From a virus, in the IMG/VR virus record IMGVR_UViG_3300031881_000087, positions 1 to 44,968 of that record: DNA of 44,968 bases. The stretch is one strand, 5' to 3'. The number at the start of each line of letters is the position of its first letter. The first letter of the stretch is position 1. This document shows positions 36,358-44,826 of the stretch, piece by piece. The notes below the pieces were generated by a model that saw only the letters and a program-made list of their open reading frames with translations, searched no databases and was not told the DNA's origin. The position numbers and the translations under genes are program-made.

Positions 36358-36566
36358 ACCTCCGCGCATCACGAAGCAGCGGCGGCGAAAACATCATCCT
36401 GGCCGGCGGCCCGCTCGATGGCAGCCTGATCGAGATCCCCACCTACATACAGCAGAGGGAGTTCGTAGACATCCCGCTCGACGCCGCCGCAAAGGGGCTC
36501 GGCCTACCCATCCCTGAAATGCTCAACCCTCCACGCCTTTACCTGTTTGTTCCAAAGCCAGCATGA
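36354..36566 (+). CDS. Hypothetical protein (70 aa), GTG start
   Basis: GTGA coupling to the upstream gene. Confidence 0.4.
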   Translation: MNLRASRSSGGENIILAGGPLDGSLIEIPTYIQQREFVDIPLDAAAKGLGLPIPEMLNPPRLYLFVPKPA

Positions 36567-36814
36567 ACAACGACGAACTATCCGAAGTGGTCAACCGCCA
36601 CCTGACCATGCTGCGCGAGCATTTCGATGCAGTCCACATCGTTGCAACGCGCGAGGTGGAAGGCGACCAAGAATCGCGTGTCACGTTCTCGATGGGCAAG
36701 GGCTCGATCTACGAGCGCCTTGGGGCGATGCGCGACTACGTGCTAAAGCAGGACGAGAGGACACGCATTCAGGCTGGCCGTGAAGACCGCGACGAAGAAG
36801 AAGGAGCCCTATGA
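36563..36814 (+). CDS. Hypothetical acidic protein (83 aa)
   Basis: ATGA coupling at both ends. It lies directly upstream of the chaperonin, which is a co-chaperonin position, but I saw no GroES motifs. Confidence 0.5.
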   Translation: MNNDELSEVVNRHLTMLREHFDAVHIVATREVEGDQESRVTFSMGKGSIYERLGAMRDYVLKQDERTRIQAGREDRDEEEGAL

Positions 36815-37743
36815 CACCACGCAACATCACTCACAGCACGAAGGCCCGCGACGCCCTCGTCCGCGGCGCCAACACATTGGCCCGTGCAGTCGGCGCAACA
36901 CTCGGCCCGTCTGGCCGCATCGTCCTGATCGACGATCGGTTCGGCAGGGTCGTTGCCACCAAGGACGGCGTGACAGTGGCGAAGGCGGTCCACCTTCCCA
37001 GCCAAGAGGAGCAGATGGGGGCGAGCCTGCTGCGCGACGCCGCGATCAAGGTTGCCGAGACGTGCGGCGATGGCACGACGACGTGTGTTGTCATGGCGGC
37101 GAAGCTGCTGGAGGAGGCGACGAAGCTGGTGCTCGGCGGCGCCGACCTGGTGAAGCTCGTCCGCGAGATCGAGGACGCCGCCGGCTGCGCCGAGAACCTG
37201 ATCATGTCCCGCAGCCAGCCGGCGATCGGCGTGGGCTGGGACCAGAAGATCGCCAACGTGTCTGGCAACCATGACCCGCGTGTCACGCAGTCGGTTGCGC
37301 TGGCCTTCGACCACGTTGGCGCGAACGGCTCCATCTCGATCCGTGACGGCAACACCGACCGCATCGAGGTAGACCGGCAGGAGGGGTTCCGCATCGAGCG
37401 TGGCCACTTCGCCGCCGGCCTGACACCGGAGTCCGGGCTCATCGAGTTGGAAGATGCTCTCGTCCTGATCACCAACCGCACGCTGACAAGTGGCGTTGAG
37501 CTGATCCCGATCCTCCAGTCCTCCGCTGCCGCAAACCTGTCGCTGCTGATCGTCTGCGATGGCCTGGTGGGTGAAGCACTCGAGACTGTGACAGGGAATC
37601 ACCGGGCTGGATCTATCCGCGTCGCCGCCGTGCGCGCGCCGGGCTTCGAGGACCGCCAGTGGGACATGCTCCACGACCTTGCCGTGTGGTGTGACGCCGA
37701 AGTGCAGGACATCGCACAGGCAGGCTCGATGCGGCCAAACTAG
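36811..37743 (+). CDS. groEL: GroEL-like chaperonin (Cpn60), N-terminal about 300 residues
   Basis: ARDALVRGANTLARAVGATLGPSGR, TKDGVTVAK, GDGTTTCVVMA and VRAPGFEDRQWDMLHDLA align residue-for-residue with the GroEL equatorial, intermediate and apical regions. The frame ends at TAG 37741-37743. Confidence 0.8.
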   Translation: MTPRNITHSTKARDALVRGANTLARAVGATLGPSGRIVLIDDRFGRVVATKDGVTVAKAVHLPSQEEQMGASLLRDAAIKVAETCGDGTTTCVVMAAKLLEEATKLVLGGADLVKLVREIEDAAGCAENLIMSRSQPAIGVGWDQKIANVSGNHDPRVTQSVALAFDHVGANGSISIRDGNTDRIEVDRQEGFRIERGHFAAGLTPESGLIELEDALVLITNRTLTSGVELIPILQSSAAANLSLLIVCDGLVGEALETVTGNHRAGSIRVAAVRAPGFEDRQWDMLHDLAVWCDAEVQDIAQAGSMRPN

Positions 37744-38354
37744 GCGCCGTCGCCAACGTGACGCAGGACCGCAGCCGAACCATCCTGCGCAACCCGATCG
37801 GCCAGAACGTCCCGGCGCTCACGTCACGCATCAAGAACCTGGAGTCAGTTCGTGACACAACCTCGAACGAGTACGACCTCGACAAGGCAATCGAGCGCAT
37901 CGGCCGGCTGCGCGGTCGCGTCGTCGAGATCCGTGTCGGTGCAGCAACCGAGACAGAGGCGCGCGAGATCAAGGACCGCATCGAGGACGCGCTGCATGCC
38001 GTTCGCATCGCGCACCGTGACGGCGTGCAGCCGGGCGGCGGGACGGCGCTGCTGCGCGCGGCACACTGGCTTGAGATGAAGCAGACCCTCGGAGCGCAGG
38101 CTGTCAGGACCGCGCTGCGCGAGCCTGCCGCCAAGATCGCCAGGAACGCCGGGACTCCTGAGCATCTGGCTCCGATGACTGTTGCCATCGACCTGAGCTG
38201 GAACACCGGCTGCACGGCTGACGGCGAACCCGTGGACATGATGCAGTTTCCAGATCCGACAGCCGTGGTGGTTGGCGCACTTCGCGCCGCCGTCTCGGTT
38301 GTCACGACGTTGCTGCTCGCGGAGACGAGCATCACAATCGAGGAGAGCCGATGA
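37695..38354 (+). CDS. groEL: GroEL-like chaperonin, C-terminal about 205 residues in the -1 frame
   Basis: This frame is open from 37695. KLGAVANVTQDRSRTIL, EYDLDKAIERIGRLRGRVVEIRVGAATETE, DALHAVRIA..GVQPGGG and DPTAVV align with GroEL residues from about 320 to 525. The first start codon in this frame (GTG 37758) has no SD. Confidence 0.75.
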   Translation, partial: RRSAGHRTGRLDAAKLGAVANVTQDRSRTILRNPIGQNVPALTSRIKNLESVRDTTSNEYDLDKAIERIGRLRGRVVEIRVGAATETEAREIKDRIEDALHAVRIAHRDGVQPGGGTALLRAAHWLEMKQTLGAQAVRTALREPAAKIARNAGTPEHLAPMTVAIDLSWNTGCTADGEPVDMMQFPDPTAVVVGALRAAVSVVTTLLLAETSITIEESR

Positions 38355-38560
38355 CCAAGAAGACCAAGAAGGCGGCGAAGAAGCCGCGTCCCAAGACCGT
38401 GACTAAGACTTACCGTCAGTGGCGCGTCGTAGATTCGTCCTGTGGCGACATCGAGGATCAGGTGTTCCCCGTGCGGGACATGGCGGCGGATTCCGTCGCC
38501 TATCGACCAGCGAGGTTCTGCGCCGCCCGCGTCACCATCACCTACGAGGTGCGCCGATGA
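38351..38560 (+). CDS. Hypothetical Lys-rich protein (69 aa)
   Basis: ATGA coupling to the upstream gene. It ends in ITYEVRR, the same C-terminal peptide and junction as the next gene. Confidence 0.5.
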   Translation: MTKKTKKAAKKPRPKTVTKTYRQWRVVDSSCGDIEDQVFPVRDMAADSVAYRPARFCAARVTITYEVRR

Positions 38561-38664
38561 TCCCGACCCGCGAACAGATCGAGGGAGACTGGGGCGATCC
38601 CCGTTACTCAATGGCCACCGTGGTTCGCACGTGGCTCCGCGCCATGCGCGACGAGATCGACCGG
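38538..38664 (+). repeat. 127-bp exact direct repeat, copy 1 (copy 2 at 39095-39221)
   Basis: Base-by-base comparison with an offset of 557 nt. It spans the end of one gene (TYEVRR stop), the ATGA junction and the first 36 codons of the next gene. Confidence 0.9.
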
Positions 38665-39117
38665 ATCACCGCCGAACTGGCCGCCCTCAAGCCCAGCGAG
38701 GAACCTGTGCGCATGGTGAGCATCCGAGCCTCCACTTTGGAGCAGGTCCGCGACGCGATGACGTGCGCATCGGAGGCCAACTACACCAGCGGAGCAGACA
38801 TGCGAATCAGGTGGGGGTTATCCGAGGGTCGGTGCGTGATCGAGGAGGTGCAGCGACTTTGCTACGCTGCGCTCCATGCTCTTGATTCTGACCCCCAGGA
38901 AGTGACTGAGCCGGTGCGCATGAGTCGTCATGTGCGAGACTGCATCCAGACATCACTGAACTACGCACTCGTGAACACGTCCGCAGTTAGCTATGACGAC
39001 GTGCTTGCTGCGCGGAAGTTCGTGGAGGCGCTTGAGAAGATGCCGGCCCAGCCCGCGCCGGTCGAGCAGCCCGCTGCCGCCGTGCCCGAGACGTTCACCT
39101 ACGAGGTGCGCCGATGA
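38557..39117 (+). CDS. Hypothetical protein, tandem paralog 1 (186 aa)
   Basis: Its first 36 aa (MIPTREQIEGDWGDPRYSMATVVRTWLRAMRDEIDR) are identical to those of 39114..39689. Confidence 0.6.
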   Translation: MIPTREQIEGDWGDPRYSMATVVRTWLRAMRDEIDRITAELAALKPSEEPVRMVSIRASTLEQVRDAMTCASEANYTSGADMRIRWGLSEGRCVIEEVQRLCYAALHALDSDPQEVTEPVRMSRHVRDCIQTSLNYALVNTSAVSYDDVLAARKFVEALEKMPAQPAPVEQPAAAVPETFTYEVRR

Positions 39118-39221
39118 TCCCGACCCGCGAACAGATCGAGGGAGACTGGGGCGATCCCCGTTACTCAATGGCCACCGTGGTTCGCACGTGGCTCCGCGCC
39201 ATGCGCGACGAGATCGACCGG
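39095..39221 (+). repeat. 127-bp exact direct repeat, copy 2
   Basis: See copy 1 at 38538-38664. Confidence 0.9.
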
Positions 39222-39689
39222 CTCACCGCAGCCAACGAAGCGGGTGGTGCCGCGCTCCTGGACGCACAGCGCGAAGCCGCAAAGCTCCGCGCCGAACTGG
39301 CCGCCCTCAAGCCTAGCGAGGACCGCGAGGCGAAGATTCGGGCGTGGGCGGAGGGCGCACTGGCGCACCAGCACGACGACGGATCATTTCCTATGTGGAA
39401 ATACGAGATCGACGACGCCATCGCCCTGATGCGCAGCGCCGGGGATCCCGACGCCAAGCTGCGCGAGCTGCGGGCATGGGTTGTCTCTGACACCAGGTGG
39501 TGGAACCATCCGAAGTGGGCATCCGTGCAGGATGTGTGCAAGCGCATCGACGAGATGCTGGCCCAGCCCGCGCCGGTCGAGCAGCCCGCTGAACCGCCGA
39601 CGATCCACCGCCTCGGCACCGTGCCCGACGACACGCGAGAGCTGGTGGCGCAGTTGGCGGACCTCGTGGCGTGGCCATGCCGACCATGA
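39114..39689 (+). CDS. Hypothetical protein, tandem paralog 2 (191 aa)
   Basis: It shares the N-terminal 36 aa, the AELAALKPSE block and the AQPAPVEQPA block with paralog 1; the middle region differs. Confidence 0.6.
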   Translation: MIPTREQIEGDWGDPRYSMATVVRTWLRAMRDEIDRLTAANEAGGAALLDAQREAAKLRAELAALKPSEDREAKIRAWAEGALAHQHDDGSFPMWKYEIDDAIALMRSAGDPDAKLRELRAWVVSDTRWWNHPKWASVQDVCKRIDEMLAQPAPVEQPAEPPTIHRLGTVPDDTRELVAQLADLVAWPCRP

Positions 39690-39742
39690 ACCACCACAAG
39701 GGCGTCAAGGCCATCGCCGCCAAGCTGTGGGGAGGTGCGTGA
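39686..39742 (+). CDS. Tiny ORF (18 aa) ending in WGGA
   Basis: It is ATGA-coupled on its upstream side and ends in the same 18-nt junction cassette as the next gene. It may be only a remnant. Confidence 0.25.
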   Translation: MNHHKGVKAIAAKLWGGA

Positions 39743-39921
39743 TGGATGATGTCCACATGAGCAATAGCGTCCATCCACAAATGACCGTCTGCGGAATGCG
39801 CTTCGATCCATCCGTGCGAAGGACCCCGCATAGAGATGCCGTCACATGCCAGGCTTGCCTCGCGGTTGACGCCGCCGCCAGAGAAGCCGCGAAGAAACCA
39901 ACGCCATGGGGAGGTGCGTGA
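39742..39921 (+). CDS. Small Cys-containing protein (59 aa) ending in WGGA
   Basis: MDDVHMSNSVHPQMTVCGMRF...VTCQACL. TGATG coupling at both ends. Confidence 0.45.
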   Translation: MDDVHMSNSVHPQMTVCGMRFDPSVRRTPHRDAVTCQACLAVDAAAREAAKKPTPWGGA

Positions 39922-40421
39922 TGGCCTTCCCCAAAGAGGAGCGCGACGAACTGCGGCGGCTGCACGCTGCGGCGACTGCTGGCGAGTGGCACTACGACGA
40001 TGGCGTAACCGACGGCGAAGGAACTCCTGACGCTGAGCGTGGCAAGGCGGCATGGATCACCGCCAAGGGCAACGTGCTCATTGCAGAGCCGTCCGGATGC
40101 GACCCGAAGGAGCCGTGCGTTCCGTCGCTTGCCGAGATGGACGCCAACGGGAAGTGCATCGTTGCCACGCACAACGCCCTGATCCCGCTCCTCGACGCCC
40201 TGGACGCCGCCGAGGAATGCGACGCGCTCAAGGCGAAGCTGGCGGCACTGGCGTCCGCTTGCTCTACGTGGCAGGAGTGGGGAGGCCACTGCGATACGTG
40301 CGAGTTCGTTCGGCAACGTGCAGCGAACCCGATCCTCGATACGGCCCTATTCGCCGACTACTGCGACTGCGGGTGGCACGCTACAAGGCAGGCCCTCGCC
40401 GCCGCGAAGGTGCAGCCATGA
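39921..40421 (+). CDS. Ead/Ea22-like protein, paralog B
   Basis: DELRRLHAAATAGEWHYDDG resembles the Ea22-type LR.LAEAAT.G.W motif. Its C-terminal module is shared with 34321..34761. Confidence 0.55.
   Translation: MAFPKEERDELRRLHAAATAGEWHYDDGVTDGEGTPDAERGKAAWITAKGNVLIAEPSGCDPKEPCVPSLAEMDANGKCIVATHNALIPLLDALDAAEECDALKAKLAALASACSTWQEWGGHCDTCEFVRQRAANPILDTALFADYCDCGWHATRQALAAAKVQP
40219..40318 (+). repeat. 100-bp exact direct repeat, copy 2
   Basis: See copy 1 at 34568-34667; the offset is 5651 nt. Confidence 0.9.
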
Positions 40422-40936
40422 AGCGCGGCGCCGTTCTCAGTCCGTGCGGCACGTGGCGATACGAACTGCCGCGCGAGTGGGATATCGGCAATCGCCTCGT
40501 GGTGGTAATGCTCAACCCTAGCACGGCCGACGCCGAGAAAGACGATCCCACGATTCGCCGCGTGATCGGGTTCGCGAAGTCGCACGGGTTCGGGAACCTG
40601 CTCGTGCTCAACATCTTCGCGCTTCGGTCGACCGATCCCGATGGGCTCAGGGTTGCGCAAGACCCGGTTGGGCCAGACAACGACGCGCATATCCACGACG
40701 CGCTGTCGATACCAGGCACGCCAGCACTGGCCGCCTGGGGAAGCATGGGCGACCAATGGGATCCAGCGCGCCAACGCGCGGCGGCCGTGCTCAATCTTGC
40801 GCCGCTGGCTAGTTGGTTTTGTCTCGGCACCACCAAAAACGGACACCCACGCCACCCTCTCTACATAGCGGGCTCGACCCGCTTCGCTCCGTATCGCGTA
40901 GAGAGGGGTCTAGCCGCCGCGAAGGTGCAGCCGTGA
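40418..40936 (+). CDS. DUF1643-like protein
   Basis: SPCGTWRYELPREW......VVVMLNPSTADAEKDDPTIRRVIGFAKSHGFG.LLVLNIFALRSTDP matches my memory of the DUF1643 signature. Confidence 0.6.
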   Translation: MKRGAVLSPCGTWRYELPREWDIGNRLVVVMLNPSTADAEKDDPTIRRVIGFAKSHGFGNLLVLNIFALRSTDPDGLRVAQDPVGPDNDAHIHDALSIPGTPALAAWGSMGDQWDPARQRAAAVLNLAPLASWFCLGTTKNGHPRHPLYIAGSTRFAPYRVERGLAAAKVQP

Positions 40937-41055
40937 CCGACCCAATGACAGACCCCGAATCCGACTACGACGCGGCCAACGTGATCGCCTGGATCGCAGC
41001 CGCATTCATTCTGCTTCTTGTTACGCTCATGAGCATCAGGAGCTTGCACGAATGA
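40933..41055 (+). CDS. Small single-pass membrane protein (40 aa), GTG start
   Basis: It has an acidic N-terminus followed by IAWIAAAFILLLVTLM. GTGA coupling on its upstream side and ATGA coupling downstream. Confidence 0.4.
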   Translation: MTDPMTDPESDYDAANVIAWIAAAFILLLVTLMSIRSLHE

Positions 41056-42839
41056 TCCGAATCAAGAACAACACCGGCCTTCCATGGCGCGGATGGAAGC
41101 GCCTCAACACCGACAGCCCGTTCGAGAACTCGTTCCAAACGCTCGATGGCAGCGTGATCGTTGGCCTTCCAAGCAGCCTCGACACGCGGCACATCGACGT
41201 GCATTGCCAGCTTGAACCCGGCGAGGAGATCGGCATCGACCCGCACGGCCATGGCGATCCGCTCACCTTCGTCCGCGGCGCGATCCCCGACTCTCTCACA
41301 AAGAACGGGCCAATGGTTGGTGGCGCGCCTCTGGTGTTCAGGTCGGCCGAGGCCAACGGGGCCGGCTTCGATATCCACCTGTCATGCCGTGTCACGGCGA
41401 TGCTGCACGCCAACGTGTGGCTGACCTACTACCCCGACCAGCCATCGCGCTGCCGTGGCGTGATCGGCCTCACAGCGTCCAACGTCGGCATCCCCGCGCT
41501 GGTGGCCAACATCCCTGACAACCTCACGCTCGACATTCCCGGCGCGATCGTGAAGCTCGAGGGACTTGGGTATGGAGAGCCGCTTCGGCCAGCACATACC
41601 ACGATGGCCGATGCCCAGGCTCGCCTGATTCCGTTCATCGTGGTGTGGCCCGAGCACCTGAAAGACGAGATCGACTTCCAGAGCGCCGTAGCCGAGATGT
41701 CGGTGATCGGTATCTGCGGCAATGCGATCGAGAAGCTGTGGCCCATGGGCAACCCGCGAATGGACCCTGACAGCAGCGCCCTGGGATGGACGATCAAGAC
41801 GTGGCCCACCACGTTGCAGCGGATGCACGGCTGGCAGGCTGGCCCCGAGGGTGTCGCCGCGCGCAGCAACGACGCTGGGGCACAGGGTGATCAACTGTTC
41901 ATCGGCGCAGAGTGCATGGCACCTGGCGGCCTTGGCGCGGAGGCTGTGCTCTACCTGACCGCGCTAGGTCAGGCGCGGCGTCCATGTCACCACCTCGAGG
42001 CCAACGGCGAACTGCTCGACTTCAGAGCGCACCCTGACCTGGTGATCTGGGACGCTCGCGCGCACTACCGGGAGGACGTGTCACGGGACCGGCTTGGCAA
42101 GGGCAAGGGAACCATCAGCCTCGTCGATACCAACGGATGGTGGGGCCCTGACGAGGAGCACTGGCTCATCAACACGCTAGCCATCTCGTCCCGCATCAGC
42201 GGCTGCCCGGCCTTGCAGTGGCTGCTCGAGGCGCACGCGCGGCTGTTCTACTGGCAGAAGACCACTGCGCCCAACGTAGCCACGTCACGCCCAGGAGCTG
42301 CACGAGCAACTGGCTGGGAGGCGATCGCGGCATCGCACCTCTACCGGGGACTCAAGGATCGTGACACGGCAGACCTGGTTCGGCGCCGCTGGCACGATCG
42401 GGTCCGCATGGTGTTGCTTCCTCAACTCGGTAGTCGTGTGGCCGATGTCTGGCACGCCATCAACGACCCCCGGTGGCAGCAGGAAACGGGGACGAGCGGG
42501 ACCGACTTGAACTGGTCGCCCTACCAGCAGGCGTTCGGAGCGTGGGGCATGCACTTCGCCTGCTCGACGATCGGGCCGGAGGAGGGCATCGAGCTGGCCA
42601 TGCGAGGGGCGCGAGCAGTCCACAGCCGTGCGTTCGACGAGGATGGCCGGGGCTGGGCAACCATCCAGCTCCGCGGCACCGAGATCGTTCCACTAGTCCA
42701 GAGCCATGGCGCCAGCTTCGGCCCCAATGTCACGGTCTGGCACACGCCGATGCTGTCGATCCTTCCCGAGGCTGAGATCGACCGGCAGATTTACAGCGGC
42801 CTGTTCGGCGACTTCGGCAAGTGGGCCGTGCCGCGCTAG
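41052..42839 (+). CDS. Large protein of unknown function (595 aa)
   Basis: Long clean ORF and last gene of the rightward arm. I recognised no motif. Confidence 0.55.
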   Translation: MIRIKNNTGLPWRGWKRLNTDSPFENSFQTLDGSVIVGLPSSLDTRHIDVHCQLEPGEEIGIDPHGHGDPLTFVRGAIPDSLTKNGPMVGGAPLVFRSAEANGAGFDIHLSCRVTAMLHANVWLTYYPDQPSRCRGVIGLTASNVGIPALVANIPDNLTLDIPGAIVKLEGLGYGEPLRPAHTTMADAQARLIPFIVVWPEHLKDEIDFQSAVAEMSVIGICGNAIEKLWPMGNPRMDPDSSALGWTIKTWPTTLQRMHGWQAGPEGVAARSNDAGAQGDQLFIGAECMAPGGLGAEAVLYLTALGQARRPCHHLEANGELLDFRAHPDLVIWDARAHYREDVSRDRLGKGKGTISLVDTNGWWGPDEEHWLINTLAISSRISGCPALQWLLEAHARLFYWQKTTAPNVATSRPGAARATGWEAIAASHLYRGLKDRDTADLVRRRWHDRVRMVLLPQLGSRVADVWHAINDPRWQQETGTSGTDLNWSPYQQAFGAWGMHFACSTIGPEEGIELAMRGARAVHSRAFDEDGRGWATIQLRGTEIVPLVQSHGASFGPNVTVWHTPMLSILPEAEIDRQIYSGLFGDFGKWAVPR

Positions 42840-43279
42840 GCGTGCGCGACCTTGGCCAGGGCTTGGGCGCGGGTAGAGCTGCGCTTGAGGTAGCTCAACG
42901 CATCACCGGCAGCGGCGACGGTGCCGCCGGCAACGGTGCTCTCGGTAAGCGATGGTTTGCTGGCGATGGCCACCTGCATCTCGTGGGCGGCCTTCGTCAG
43001 ACCCTGGAACTGCTCCGTGGCATTGGCCTTGATCGACGTGATGACATCGACGATGGTCGAGACGGCGGTGGCCGTCGCCTGCATGGTGCCGTCAATGTTG
43101 TGGGCGATCATATCCAGCTTTGCCGCCTGCTCCGGGCTCAGGAGCGGCTTGACGGCGGCGATGAGGGCTCCGGCCGTGGCGACCCCTGCGGCAATGGCCT
43201 CGTTGGCAACGGCCGTCTGGCAGCCGGCGTAGAGAAATGCGACGGCGAGTCCGAGAAGCAAGAGTTGGAAGCGATTCAT
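42836..43279 (-). CDS. Lipoprotein (outer-membrane spanin candidate)
   Basis: Signal peptide plus lipobox: MNRFQLLLLGLAVAFLYAGC. It has an ATGA overlap with the upstream TM/coiled-coil gene. At 147 aa and Ala-rich, it is atypically long for an o-spanin. Confidence 0.45.
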   Translation of the reverse strand: MNRFQLLLLGLAVAFLYAGCQTAVANEAIAAGVATAGALIAAVKPLLSPEQAAKLDMIAHNIDGTMQATATAVSTIVDVITSIKANATEQFQGLTKAAHEMQVAIASKPSLTESTVAGGTVAAAGDALSYLKRSSTRAQALAKVAHA

Positions 43280-43578
43280 CGTTGTTCGATCTTGGTTTCG
43301 AGGCGTGTAATGCGGTTGCCGATCACGTTGAGCGCGTCGATGATCTGGTCCATCTTGCGCAGCAGGTCCGTGTTCAAGGACTCAAGGCGGGTGATATCCT
43401 TGGCGGTCTGGACGATGGCCCCCTCGGCTTTGGTCAGCCGCGTCTCAACCGTGACCGCCCAACCAACCAGGGCGATCGCCACTGTCACTGACAGCTTGAG
43501 CAGGATGTCCCACACCTTGTCGGATAGCGTGGGCTGCTTGGCGACTGGAAGTGCCTGTGGAATCACGGTCGTAGTCAT
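43276..43578 (-). CDS. N-terminal TM plus coiled-coil protein (inner-membrane spanin candidate)
   Basis: TM segment ILLKLSVTVAIALVGWAVTV followed by a heptad-like helix. It lies immediately upstream of the lipoprotein gene. Confidence 0.45.
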   Translation of the reverse strand: MTTTVIPQALPVAKQPTLSDKVWDILLKLSVTVAIALVGWAVTVETRLTKAEGAIVQTAKDITRLESLNTDLLRKMDQIIDALNVIGNRITRLETKIEQR

Positions 43579-43581
43579 GGC

Positions 43582-44589
43582 TTACGGGGCGGAGCTGCGG
43601 GTGGGTGAGAACCTAGTGCAGTCCACGCATAGCGGGGTGTCTGCTCCAGCCGATGCTATCTTCACGATCTTGATGAATGGACCGAATCTTCCAGTCGTGA
43701 TGTGTGTCGTGCTGGTGCCGACCAGTGTGCCGTCGATGTAGAACGTTGCCTCCGTGCCGGCCTCGTTGAGCTCCACGCGCAGCGTCTGCATGGTCGTCGC
43801 CACCAACGCAACGCCAGTGTCGATCGTGTTGGCGGTCCCGTCGTTCGTGATCGCGCGCCAGCGATGGTCACCGTAGCTGTCAGGGTAGTAGGTGCAGCCG
43901 ATGAACTGCGCCGGAACGGTCGCGCTGAACTGCGATGTCCCGAGGCCAAAGTGAATGCGATACGTCTCGGCGCCGCCACTGAGAGCGAGCACGCCCAGGC
44001 GCGCCTCGAACACGAACCGGGCTTGCCCCTTCTTGCATGCGTCCTGGCCCGTGAATAAGCCGAAGTAGCCACCGGCCGCAGTCCCTGGTTTCAGCTCGAC
44101 CACACCGATGGCGTTTTCCGTCGTCGTGATGAACGTTGACCAGTGCGCCGCGTAGCCGTTGCCTGCGCCACTGCCGCCGCTGTTCCATCCGTTCGCGTTC
44201 GGCACCGGAGTGATGAAGTGCGCGAACCAGACGCTGCTTTGATCGGTGTTACCGACATCTAGCACCTGCTTCGCGGCCTCCACCGATGCCGATGCGATGA
44301 TGCTCCTGCCAGTGGCCGTGCAGTCGATCTCCTCGGCTGGCCCCGCCCCAGGACTGACCCTTCCGATCACCTTGTCGGTTGCCGAGACGTTCATCGACAC
44401 ATCGACAAACTCAAAGGGTGGCGTGAGCGCCGAGTTCTTCGCAATCACCTGGCCATCCGCGGCAGAGCTTGCATCGACTAGCACCTCCTCCCCCAGCGTG
44501 TTGGCTGAGACAATCCCGTCTGGTCCGGGGGTCAGAGCTACCGGAATCGGCGACCCAGGGAACAACAGGATGTCATCGAAGGATGTCAT
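43582..44589 (-). CDS. Tail fiber / receptor-binding protein
   Basis: 335-aa ORF directly after the giant internal protein (ATGA overlap), in the gp17 position. Its C-terminal half is G/T/A-rich and beta-type. Confidence 0.5.
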   Translation of the reverse strand: MTSFDDILLFPGSPIPVALTPGPDGIVSANTLGEEVLVDASSAADGQVIAKNSALTPPFEFVDVSMNVSATDKVIGRVSPGAGPAEEIDCTATGRSIIASASVEAAKQVLDVGNTDQSSVWFAHFITPVPNANGWNSGGSGAGNGYAAHWSTFITTTENAIGVVELKPGTAAGGYFGLFTGQDACKKGQARFVFEARLGVLALSGGAETYRIHFGLGTSQFSATVPAQFIGCTYYPDSYGDHRWRAITNDGTANTIDTGVALVATTMQTLRVELNEAGTEATFYIDGTLVGTSTTHITTGRFGPFIKIVKIASAGADTPLCVDCTRFSPTRSSAP

Positions 44590-44826
44590 CGCCGATCCTC
44601 GCGGCGATGATCGTTGGCCCGCTCACGAGCCCGGCGGCGAAGGACGGTTGCCAGCATCCGCGCCCTGGTAGCGATATCGCTAGGACGCGAGATCGACCGG
44701 AGCTGGCGCGGCGCCAGGAATGTGAGCTGCTCAGGGAAGGCCGCCATCGACTCTGACAGGCGGTCGATATCCGAGCTGAATGCCGCTCCTTCGGAGATGC
44801 GGAACACCTCATCATCGACGACTCGA
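44586..44826 (-). CDS. C-terminal 80 codons of the giant virion protein that starts at 5717
   Basis: Nt 2-1 (ga) plus the complement of 44826 (t) form GAT. The frame then reads DRVVDDEVFRISEG... to TGA at 44588-44586. The total is 5958 nt, or 1985 aa. Confidence 0.7.

Noticed and set aside
34568-40318. The 100-bp repeat pair as the template/variable repeats of a diversity-generating retroelement.
   Set aside because: There is no reverse transcriptase in the window. The first 100 bp are identical, and the differences in the diverged tail are not confined to adenine positions.
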